Origin: Owenia fusiformis
Lineage: Eukaryota
Length of the DNA: 64,000 nt
Direction of reading: 5' to 3'
Assembly: GCA_903813345.2 (NCBI GenBank)
Contig: CAIIXF020000001.1
Coordinates: forward strand, 42,532,001-42,596,000
Below, piece after piece: positions 1 to 11,800 of the stretch (position 1 is the stretch's first letter; each line of letters begins with the position of its first letter). The position numbers and the translations under genes were made by a program. A model generated the notes under the pieces. The model searched no databases and was not told the DNA's origin. It worked only from the letters and a program-made list of their open reading frames with translations.

Positions 1-30
1 CTAATTTAATATTTATAATCAATCATTGTC

Positions 31-257
31 TAAGATCTGAAATAATGAGACATGTATCTCCCTTATTTCAAAAGTTATAGCATCCATCCAATGTGGGGGT
101 CGGAATTTCCGTAAAACCCTGGTTACCATGGCAACCAATCACACGTCAGCTCCCAAAGTAAAATAGAATACTTAAAACTAACCATTTATGAAGATCTGAA
201 AAAATGAGACCTGTATCTCCATTATTTCAAAAGTTATAGCATCCATCCAATGTGGGA
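31..257. repeat. Two ~67-bp direct repeats at 160-bp spacing; probable central repeats of a truncated HINE-like element at the window start
   Basis: AAGATCTGAAAA.AATGAGAC.TGTATCTCC.TTATTTCAAAAGTTATAGCATCCATCCAATGTGGG at about 32-98 and 191-257. Confidence 0.6.
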
Positions 258-1105
258 GCTCGAGTCTATGAAATAGACCCCTGTATAAGTCATGGACCAA
301 TACAAGGCCAAAATCTGAGGTTTTGTGGACTGATCTTTACATACAATTGTTGCTTATATATTATAGAAGTTTTCTATTGACATTTTAACCCTTCCTAACA
401 CATTGGTGACAAAATATGCATGAAATGACTCTGTCAGTCCTGAAAAATTGGCCTGAAAATTGACACCCGAAGGGCATATTGTATCCATTTCCATGGCAAC
501 CAGTTAACCATGTGACATGAAATTTTTATCATATATTCAATTAGCCTATACCAATATAACTTAGTAATTTGGAAACATTCCATTGAGTATTTTTTGAGTT
601 CTTGCCCAATTATATAGTAGGGGTCCAAATTTTAGCCCATGGGGGGTAAAATGGCCACAAAATCTAAAAGCTGAAAAACTAAGATCTAATAATCCACACA
701 AATATGTAAAATCATAGTAGTAACATGAAAAATTATTTCCCATAAAATCCCTCTGAACGCACGCTGAAACCCACATTCTGACTGCACTAGCTAATTTACG
801 CCATTCGCCTATTTTCAAGCACAGTAACACGTATATTTATTTCACCTAAAATATAAACTGATTCGTGTTTTATGATGCTCCTAGCCCATTAACAATATAT
901 ATATGATATCAGAGTTATTCGTCTAAAATGTTTTGAGATATATAGGTAAATGTGGAGGACGAAAGGATTTTCATGTGTGTACATTTTTCTCAAAAACGTC
1001 ACATTCTATCATGTTAAAAGTGAGGATCCTCTGGATTACGCCACAAAATGTGTAACAATGCGTGCGCGAGCTTTTTGCGACACGTCATAGTTTTTGATAT
1101 TTTAG

Positions 1106-4098
1106 GCTTGCTGGAACACTGGTGCTGAGTCCAGCGGTTGCTGTAACAGAAAAACATGTAAAGTAAGGGAACTTTGAGGAGTGTAAAAATCAAAATTTAT
1201 TTTGCACAATTACTTCCTGTTATGCGTTGAAAATTACAGTGGTATAGTTAAAGTAATATTATGACTTTTTGGTGATATAATGACCAAGCATTTTTTAGCA
1301 TAGTATTGTCAAATGGCGAATTTAGCTAATATCCCAATCCTACTTGTAGTATGATACTTTGGCTGAATGTACATATGCAAATATGACAGGACTTTGTAAC
1401 AGTGGGGTTTGTACTATAAACAATCCCTGCTCTACGTTATTCAAAATAGCAGGTAATATGAACATGTGTGACATGTTAGATTTTGATAATAATAAAAGTC
1501 GCATATTCAATTTCCTAATCTTTTTTAATATTTTGTGTTGAATGAATAATTGCATAATTGCTTGCCAGGTCTGTGTTTCTTATATCACAGCTGAGCTTAA
1601 GTTTATACAGTCCCACTGAGTGATACATATTAATTGTTAACCATATATATACCATGGTACATTTATGGACCTTATCTTAAATCATAGTGGTAACTATCAT
1701 GATTTGTAAAACCAATTTCTCGCTTTTTTACATCAAAAATAGGTTCAACGGTGCCTGGGGAGACCTATAGGAAAAACTCCCTACAAGGAGAAGCGTCTCT
1801 TTTTGCCGGCGCTGGAGCTGCTGTAAGACTTCGATATAGCGACTTCAACAAGGAAGGGCAAATGTGGCAGCCTTATGTTGTAAAGCAGAGTGATGGCACC
1901 ATGATAACATCCTCTGATTATCCACAGCTAGACATAAGTGGGTGAGGATACGATTTCACATTATCACTTGGTGTCTTTGTAAAAATTTAAAAATGAATTG
2001 AGTCTTTGTAATGAGTTTAGATTTAGACAACGGGCACGTTATCCCTGTTCAGATCCGGTATCAGAGTTCAGATTTTGACTCCGAGGCAATACTTTAAGTT
2101 TAAATTCAGAGTTTGGTTTAGATTTGAATTTTGAGTCCGTGTAGTGAGTTTAGTCTCTCTTTAATTTATTGATTTGTATTTATGGAATCATTTATCACAA
2201 TCCGGAAGTTTTGGCTCATCAAATTGCATGTTAAAGAACAAAAACTATTAGATGTTCATGTAACACTTAATGTACCCTTTGCATTCGTTTGACTTGCACT
2301 TCTTAAAAGAGAGCTCTGTAGTTTAACTAGACTCTGCACGCAGGGTACACTCAATGGTTTGAATCCACAGTCAAAATATTTAATTTATCGCAGGGGAACC
2401 ATCCATTGGTAAAGCTGCTAGCGTAGTTCATGAAACACAATTGTTGCATTTGCACTGCACTCCTGATCATTACTTCGGATGTTGTGCTTTTGTTTCCTTA
2501 TGCCTGATTGTACTCATTCATCAGAAAACATATTGTTGTCTTCGACCTCCTTCCGTTCAACTACTCCCAATGAATATAGACCTTTTTGTGATATTGCAGA
2601 GATTGTGGAATTGTGATCTGTGCTAGAGATGCAGCCATAGTGAATGAAGTAGATGTTGACTATTTCAAAGATGGAGCGCTAAAGTAATTTGTTTATAATT
2701 ATATAATGACTGCTAGATTAATTTCATGAAGTTGGGTATTACAATTGAAGATTAGTGCATGCGTGTTGCCTTTTGAGTACTAGACTATACAGTAAAGTTC
2801 AAACTATAATTGTTCACACAGATTTTTATGGTATGCAAATATTCTAACAGAAGTACTACAGCATAAAATGAACGGTTCTGCTTATAAGAATGTTTATGGA
2901 TTGATTGATTCGAATCAACTTTTAATTTATAGAATTCCCTATAGGAATATAGGGTTCGTATCTGTTGATGTTGGTTTCAATTCAACTATATGGACTGCAG
3001 AAATAGCTCGGCAGGGGACAAGGTGCACTGCCCAGGTTTGTCAGTTTGTTATACTTACCTCATATCTCTATTGAAAGATAAATGCTCCATAAACCAATTT
3101 TAGGGGAAAAAAATTATTTTGTATTGAATATCAGGTAAGTGTATTGAGAAGTGATTGGGTGTAATTAGTTCAGCTTCAGTGCACTGCATGTAACAGACCA
3201 GGTACAGTTTAAAATTTGATTTCTTTTATTTCTTTTGGGTTTACTGTTCCTCTGTTGGATGAGCGAATAGGGTATAATTAGTACAGTTTAAGTGCACTGC
3301 GTGTGCCAGTCAATCACCATTTGTGCCACACTGGTTTTGGACAGCTCGCCAAGTGTACATTCTTTTAAAACAATAGGAAAAGAATGTACTCATGTATGTT
3401 ACAGCTGGATATCCTTTCAAATAAACTGCAGATCATTATATTGTGCTACAACCCAAGTGGGACTTAACTGCATTAACAAATGAGGACGAGAGAGTGTTGA
3501 TCCTGATAGGATCTTTAAAATGGCGTTACATGATAAAATCAACATGGAAAGGAGTTCATTATCTTAATTGCAGTTTCCCACTTTGCATGCAGGTAGATAT
3601 AGATGGCGAACTACAAATTGGTGTCTGCACTCACCAGATTAATCAATGGCAAGTCACTGATACCCGGACAGTTACATACAAGAGCGGTATATGCAACATA
3701 CAGGCGAGAGAACGAGTGCGTACATATTGTATAAACATATAGATAAGTGAATTGTTTCACCTTATACTGGTCATAATGTGTTTTCTTCCAAACAAAAAAT
3801 TACTTATGGTATTTGACCAGTCCCTCGGTCATTGAGAAGAGGAACCATCTTTCGATGTAGTTAACAACTTAACCATCAGATAAGCCTTTAAAACCGTGCG
3901 ATTCGGTGCAGTATTCGACACATTCTTGAATAAAAATCATGTTCATAATATTATGTCATATGATCTCAATTGTGTTATTCTAATTGTAAAAAAAGACTTC
4001 TGAGTGTACCCAGTATGTGTAATTGGTCTTTCTATGTATTTTACAAGTTCTTTGTATTTTAGTGCATTGGAAAGAACACCAACAAATGTGAATTCTAA
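1106..4098 (+). CDS. 3' portion of an unidentified cysteine-rich protein gene (disintegrin/ADAM Cys-rich-like spacing); 5' exons lie outside the window
   Basis: Phase-consistent exon chain 1106-1162, 1350-1452, 1743-1941, 2933-3035, 3593-3703 and a tentative last exon 4063-4098. Translation: ACWNTGAESSGCCNRKTCK-YDTLAECTYANMTGLCNSGVCTINNPCSTLFKIA-GSTVPGETYRK...YPQLDIS-GIPYRNIGF...RQGTRCTAQ-VDIDGELQIGVC...SGICNIQ-CIGKNTNKCEF*. The first four introns are GT-AG; the last needs a GC donor (CAG|GCGAGA), so the terminal exon is uncertain. Confidence 0.65.
2273..2347. mobile_element. 75-bp micro-MITE with TACCCT...AGGGTA ends and 9-bp TSD
   Basis: Flanks CACTTAATG / CACTCAATG (8/9); an inverted homolog lies at 7641-7718. 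Confidence 0.75.
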
Positions 4099-5391
4099 AA
4101 CAGATACGAATATCTTTGGATGATCATTTGAAGACTAATCTAACACAAAACAAACTGAGTAATATCGCCTTTGGAATTCATCTGAGCATCTTATCAGTAT
4201 CTACTGATACTAAATGACAGTTTTGAAATAATATAAAGTCGATTTTTAGGGGATTTAATTGAATGAATTAGCTACTTAATTATGCAAGGATGCGTGTATA
4301 TTAACTAATTTGTAATACATTCCTGTGTTTATGTATCTACATGTTGTTCAATAAGTGTATAATTGCAACGAGGTGATTATTTCCATAAAATGGATCTTAA
4401 AGAAAATCTACGCCATCATTCAGTGAAAATGACAAAGGTGTTGAATAGGGTATTGAAAACAGTAGGCTATACTGTTTATTTTCTGAAAAAATGTTAACCA
4501 CTGATGTCACATTATATACATTAGTATAGATAATTCAATTCACTGTCATCTGATGAAATAAATGTTAGTAGAATTTTATCAATTCATTCAATCAATGTAT
4601 ACTTAATGAACATTAACTTGTGAGTAAACACAAATTATGCATTTTCAATTTTGATTATATTAATAAAGGAAAAAATATAATATAAAACTATCAATGTTTA
4701 TTGTTCATTCTATGTGCAGTGTCGAGGAAGCACCAGATCCTCTTCCGTTGCAGCTATACAGTAGAATCCCAATACGGATCATACACAGGGTCACTCACAA
4801 AATACAGCACGCTTTTTTTCAAACAATCTTGTCAATGTTGATGGCAATTTCCTGTGTAAATGGAGCTTGAGCAGTGGTATGTTTAGCAAATAGCCTCGCG
4901 GGGATGTTAGTTTGATATTTCTTTGCAATTTCCAAATAAGTAGTTAATTATGGAAGTTTATGTATATTTTACACGGACGGTATAAGACGTGTCATCTATT
5001 GATTTATTTGGAGCACTGTAATTTCATTACATGGAAGTGGAAAGATAATTTTAGTACTTAAAATTGATGTCTGACCCATTCCAAGCAAGTATAGCGAGGT
5101 CGCTTGTGCCAGGTTTCATGAAGTTTTCACAAAGTGAATTCAAGTTATTGTCGTCTTGGTTAATCACTGGTCCTATCATTTGGTCAATCTGATACTCATA
5201 GCATCTTTCTGTTTCACTTGATTACTGAGAAGAATTGAGATGTCATGGTTTATCATGATGTCATTTGGTAGTTATGCCAGACTTTAGACACTATAAAGCT
5301 GAAGCTTGTTTATAATATGACACTAGTTGCATGTAGTTAAGGTATGTAATAAGGCTGGCATCAGGCTTGTTACAAACCCTCATATCTATAT

Positions 5392-5825
5392 TTAATGGAG
5401 CCGAGTTGGATCTGAGATGGCCCGTATTCTTACTGCATCTGTAGATACAAACCCATTATCATGTGTTGCTATCGTGACAACTGGCTTGACATCACCAGCT
5501 TCAGGTTGAATCTGTTCCGTATATTTGATAATATCAGCTTTTGTCGGTTCTATTTCACCATTGCTAATGTCTACTCCACTATCGTCTGAGTCTATTTTAC
5601 TCATGCTTAATGAATTATCATCATTAGGGGGTTTGTATAGGAATTGTGCGAGAAAAAATAGTATAGCTGATACAAATTTAACTGCAAGGCCGAGTATAAG
5701 GAGATTAATGGCTAGTTTGTCAGAGTCATACACCCAACATGATCCTCTAGTGTCACATTTATTCTGCCACTGGAGACAAGTAATATCAAAGAGATAACCA
5801 AACAGTATTGGTCCTGGAACAGTCC
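5392..5825 (-). CDS. SLCO4: SLCO4-like last exon (GTVPGPILFG...DPTRLH*)
   Basis: Acceptor TTGCAG|GG; stop TAA at 5394-5392. Confidence 0.93.
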
Positions 5826-8800
5826 CTGCAAATGAATGTAACACTGGTCAGAATTGTATTCAAAAAGTACCCGGGCCTTTGGGAAAAGACTGAATACAGT
5901 CATGTCATTAAGACACCTTAAAATAGCTGATTTGAATTTCCTCCGAACTTAAGATAAAAGTAGATGACCTTACACCAAATATAAAAGGTTGTAAAATCAT
6001 AAATTAAAATGTTTGAAAACTCACCTAAACATCGTATGAAAACCCACTTTATACCAATAGCATATGATCTCTGAGCGTCGGGAATGACTCTTAAAGATAC
6101 AGACATTGCTATAGGTGTTGCAATGAAGGTCAGAGTGACTACTATGCAGAATACAGGTAGAAACAACGCTAAAAGGTTGCAGTCTTGGGTACATTTCCCA
6201 TATGTTGCTTTGTAAGCTTTTTCGGCTACTTTGCCCACCTGACTAATGCACGAACAGTTCGCATATCTCTGGAAAAATATAAAATCAACATATTTTAATA
6301 TTTTGGATTAATGTACCTTCTACGTACATGTACATAACCCTCCTTATCGGCTCGAAAACACAAAAATACCTCCGACTAGAGTCACGGGTAGCCTATTAAA
6401 TGACGGTGAACAAACAACTTCGTTCGTTGATATTGAATGGAGGCGAAAGTCTGAAAGTGTCAATGGTAACTCCAGGAAATGATAATATTTCATGAAATTC
6501 ATTTTCCCAATTTTTCTCAAAGCTCCTTGAGAACAGCGGCTTTACCATTGATCATAAACCAGGTATACTAAAAGAAGACAAATTAACGATACTTTCCTGA
6601 AAAAGCAAGGAAATACACACAAATGCCTTTCATTTTATTTTGTGCCAGAAAATAACACGTGCAGTTATATCATATATCATTTTATCAAGTGTTTTCGTCC
6701 CACAATTACAAGCACCTTAAACTCTCCTTTGAAAAAGACATTCATTGCGATTAATAATGCGTGTGCTCAGGTAACTACAATATCAAATTCAGAAAGGGGC
6801 TTAAACGTGGTGGTAATACCTTTATATCTCCATCAAAGAAGGAATCCGCACATCCTGCATGACAGGGAGTGAAGTATTCGACTCCATCAACACCACATAT
6901 TGGTTCATAGCTCTCTGATGTACAGTTGCAATTCTGGTTGCATGGAACTATCAAACTTGCTTCATCAATCGTAGAACTATATAAATATAACATTTTGATT
7001 AATTTAACTTTGGCGTAGGGTAACCCCTTTCACATAACAAAACTTTACACCACAAAACCAGCAATAGCATATTGATCGAAGGATGAACATTCAAATCAAC
7101 AAAAAAACTAATTTCCCCAAATAATGCCCATATTTTGAAAAGGCAAGGCCCATTTTTGATAATATGGCCTTAAAAGACCTATAAAGGCCAAGCAATGCCC
7201 AAAAGGCCCACTTATTGAGGCCCTATAGTGCTATGGGTGACAATAAATGAAATATGAATCTGATGATTGATTGATTAATATGTAAAATGAAAGTCAAGAC
7301 TTAACTATCATCTATACTTACAAATTAAAATATGACACATTAATTCCGCTAATGTTTGCGGGTTTGCACTTTGCAATGAAGCTGAATACCAGGACAAAAC
7401 AGACGATGGTACTGCCCAAACACAACCTAAGCATGCCCTTCACCTTCAATTTAAACCGTTTGCTCAAGTAACCTCCGAGAAATTGTCCACCCGCAGCACC
7501 AACGACAGCGGCCAGCCCTATAAAGAGAATGAAATGGAGAGAGCGAATACCATAAATGGTAAGAACTAATGAGATAAGGAAGTCTTGATGATAGCTTGTA
7601 TACGAGTAATTTAATGGTTGTGGTTTCTTAACTGATGCATTACCCTGCGCGCAGAGTCTAGTCATATTGAAGACGAAGCTCTCTTTTAAGAAGTGAAGTC
7701 GAACGAGTGCAAAGGGTACTGATGCACCAAATGACCTCGCTAAAATTCACCCAATCAACAAACAAGCAATTAAATCAGAAAATGAAAAGAAATTGTAACG
7801 AGGACCAAGTACGGCTGACCTAGCATTGAAAGGATTATGATAAATTGTTGATGAATACATAATACTGTGAATTATGTCTGGTTTACTGGCTGGTGTTGTT
7901 CATTCTGAATCAATCAATGTGTGTTCTCACCTCCATACAAAGCCGCCATCCCAGCACTTTGTGAAAATTGGTTCTGGATGAATTTAGGCATAAATGTTGC
8001 AAACCCGCTGGTCAGTAGGCCTTCGCTACATCCAGCCAGTGTTATACACATGAACGTTGGGTTCATTACAATAAACTTTGTTGAAAGAGGTAGGTCTTTA
8101 ATGGATGTTCCGAACCCTTTCTTGCTAACGATCGCTTCACTTCCATCTGCGTGTGCTTGCGAATATCTTTCTGCCCGTGCATTTTTAGCTTCTGTAATAT
8201 AATGCGGATGAAATGTAATATCACATCGATTCATCTGTCAGATATATCGTGTACACCAATGCGTGGAATCGTTCTTTACCAGTCATCCTTCAATCAAAGG
8301 ATTTGTTGCTCAATTCAGCCCTTCATGCAAGGCCAGGCAGTTTCATTTTAGGGGTAATAAATAAGCTGAGTTTCCTAGTGGTCAACGCAGAAAATGCGTT
8401 CTCCAATTATAAAGTTCTATACATAATTCAATGGGGATGTTATGTTCTCCCTCTGTGACCCCTAATGAGATGCAAATTACTAATAAATTGGATTCTTAAC
8501 AAGAACTGCATGCAGACTAGGGCAATAAACTCATTAGTAAACACATTATGCCTGTTTATCACTGTGAAAATCTTTGTTGATTTTGACCTTTGATTAAGTA
8601 ACAACTGTCCTGATTGACTGGTGATTTAATGGCTATTTGAAGGTTTGTTTGCTCAATCCCAACAATTGTATAAGCTGCATCAAGGGTATGTAAAGAAGTA
8701 AAATACCCTTGGACCAAAGATGATATATCATAATTATACAATTTTTAAATCAATGTTTCGCATAACATAACATGCAGCATACAATAACTAATTAGTCCAT

Positions 8801-11800
8801 CTATGTAATACATCATCGTGAGATATCACAGCATTCTCTCAGTTTCCTTCTAGAACCATTCTTGTGCATCGCAGAGATGGTCTGAGTATCAGAATGGTAA
8901 TACATGGGTCTCTTATATTGCTCTTATAACGAGGGCGATGAACCAAGTTTTCAGGCAGACGAATTCTCCAATTCTTACCTGGCATTTCGTAATCGTAGCA
9001 GAAGAGAAATGCGGCTGTGATTATTGAACAAACACAACCGATTGCGAACCCAATCCACCATGCTCCCACCCACCTCGGATCTGCTGGAGTTATAGAAATT
9101 CTGCAAATAGAAAGAATTGTTCAGTCTTGTCCGGTGTTGAGTGTATTAATTTTAAAAGCTAAATGTATTTTGGTTTCAGAAATCTTTAGAGAGGAGCATT
9201 GTTATAGCTATCTTGGCCCCTGGTCTAGTCTTGCACCCTAACAGTATATCCTTTCTGACTACTTTCTATCAAATGCATTTCTTGTTGGAGCCAACGTCAA
9301 AAACTATTGAATCGATCAAATTTTCCGCTGGATGATATTGCTTGGTGTAATCTTACCCCGCATTGGTTACAACGTCCACATATATGTTGAGAAATTGGCC
9401 CCCTGCTATGTAACCAATGGCAGGACCAAATCCTGAGAACGTGTACATGATACCTGAAACAGAATACAACGGCCAATACAGACTGCAAACCTCAAGAAGT
9501 CGATTAAAGATGTATGTAGGGTTCTTGACTCACGAATCATGCCCAAGATGGGTGTGGCTTCGAAGGAATGACAAGTGGACATCATACCCAGAAGGCTAGC
9601 TAGTCGATAGTCAATTAGTCATCTCAGTTTGCAAGTGGAAAATGATCAATTCCAATTCGGAACCCTCCATTTGAATCAGGTATTGTTCTAAAAGTTCCGA
9701 AACCAGAGTAGGGCGGACTACTGTGATGCCCAACCGATTATCGAAATTTGTTCAACGAGTTCTACTCACAGAGAATAGCAGAGCATGGTTATATTTATCT
9801 TAATGAGCAGTGTTAGGATAGCGACTGCGACACCATGACAATTTTTTGTTTCATAATGCTGTGATATTCATAACACTATCAACTTACCTATGTATAACGG
9901 AGACAGTTTTGTTTTAACATTTTCATCAATTACGACCACACCTATACTATACAGCGTAGTGCCCGCAATACCGTGGAGGAACTGGCCAAGCATGAGAACA
10001 TACAGATAGTTTTGGAGAACATCGTTTTCTTTGGAACAATATGGAGCCGTCACATTATTTCCTAAATGAATATATGAATATTATATTTTTGTCTTTTTTG
10101 TTGATAATGATAATGGCGAAGTTTGGTATTTGTTACTTGGATCCTTTACTCCGCCATGGAATTTCACCTTGACCGTTCTGAGACTTCAGTTATTTTTCAC
10201 CATGAGATACATTGGATGCCATAGCAAAAGTTCAATCTCAATGAATATTTTTATTTAAAAAATTGCCCTTTGTACTTTTGAAGACCGTTTGACTCATCAA
10301 GTGCTTTCTTGCTCAAAATTGCTCTATTGGCAAACTTCATTTTAATTTGTTCTACATCATTTATTGTAATGACCACAGTATAAAACATAAATAAAATGCC
10401 AATGTGTTTTAAGATTGGTATATAATGGTTTCTCGTGAATGGTGGGGTGCGTTATGGACTTCAACTGTTTCTTGATTGGGATGTTTTGACTTTGACTGGT
10501 TGATCTGTACTCTGTTTCTAAGTGTGGTGTCACGACTCACATGTGTTAACATAACTAGACTTTGGAAATTGAACGAAGTTCAATTTCAGACTCCAGATCT
10601 AGACTTTTTTAAGCCCAGTCATCTAAAATAAGCCGAGTCATCCAGAATAAGCTGAGTCATCCAGAATAAGATGGATGGATAAAATAGGAAGGTAGGATAG
10701 GATAGAATGGGAAGGAACGATAGGATAGAATAAGAAAGCAGAATAGGATAGAACAGAATAGGAAGAAAGGAGATGATAGGAGAGGATAGGAAGGATAGGA
10801 AGGAAAGGATACAAAGGAAGGATAGATAGGAAGGATAGGATAGGATCAGATAGGAAGGATGGATGAATTTTTCAATATTTTCTTCTCTACTCTTGACTTT
10901 CTATCAGGATACCATCAGATCGATTTTCCGAAATTTCAAAACGCCATAACTTCCGAACCGGAAGTCGGATCTAAATTTGATTTAAAGTTTCGGATTCCTG
11001 ACAAAATTCTACCCCTAATTCATAACTCATACGTTAAATTTGGCGAATTTTTATTTTGACCTTCTTTTTGGACACGCCATTACTTCGGAACCGGAAATCG
11101 GATCGAAATTTGGTTTGCAGACTCGAATTCCTGAGAAAATTCTACCCTTAATTCATAACTCATATGTTAAATTTGGAGAACTTTTTTTTTTGACCTACTT
11201 TTCGGACACCATATCTTAAAAGTGGGTCGAAATACTTTTTGACGGCAAAATGCTAACACTATTAGCACACTCTTTCTTACCTGTATACAAAATTTTGAAG
11301 CAAATCATTTAAATATAGTGTCAGAATCGCAAAAATAAGGTAAAACTATGAATTTGACCTAGATTTTGACCTAGGGATTTTGGTGTCCAAATTTTGAAGT
11401 TGGGTAGCCTTCGAGGTCCCCTTCTTTCATAGGCTTTCATTATTTTAAGCTGTACTTAGTCTATATCTCGTATTTTACACTTCAAAAAAATCTTTTATCC
11501 CATTGACATAACATGGGGCACCAAATTTAGCGATTTTTGAGCTTTCAAAATGTCATAACTTCCGAACCCCAAGTCGGATCGAAATTTGGTTTGCAGATTC
11601 GGATTTCTGAGAAAATTCTATACTTAATTCATAACTCAAATGTTAAATTTGGAGAATTTTTTATTTTGACATACTTTTCGGACACCATATCTCAAAAGTG
11701 GGTCAAAATACTTTCTGACGGCAAAAGGCTAACACTATTAGCACACTCTTGGCTACATGTATACAAAATTTTGAAGAATATAATTAATCTGTAGTGTCAG

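Noticed and set aside
2394..2412. Alternative terminal exon (GGTIHW*) for the plus-strand gene
   Set aside because: Phase-compatible, but the 2933 and 3593 exons continue the frame with Cys motifs, so they are preferred. It cannot be excluded as an isoform.
4720..4870. Possible further plus-strand exon (one frame ends ...KQSCQC*)
   Set aside because: No convincing phase-matched donor; it may be 3' UTR of either convergent gene.
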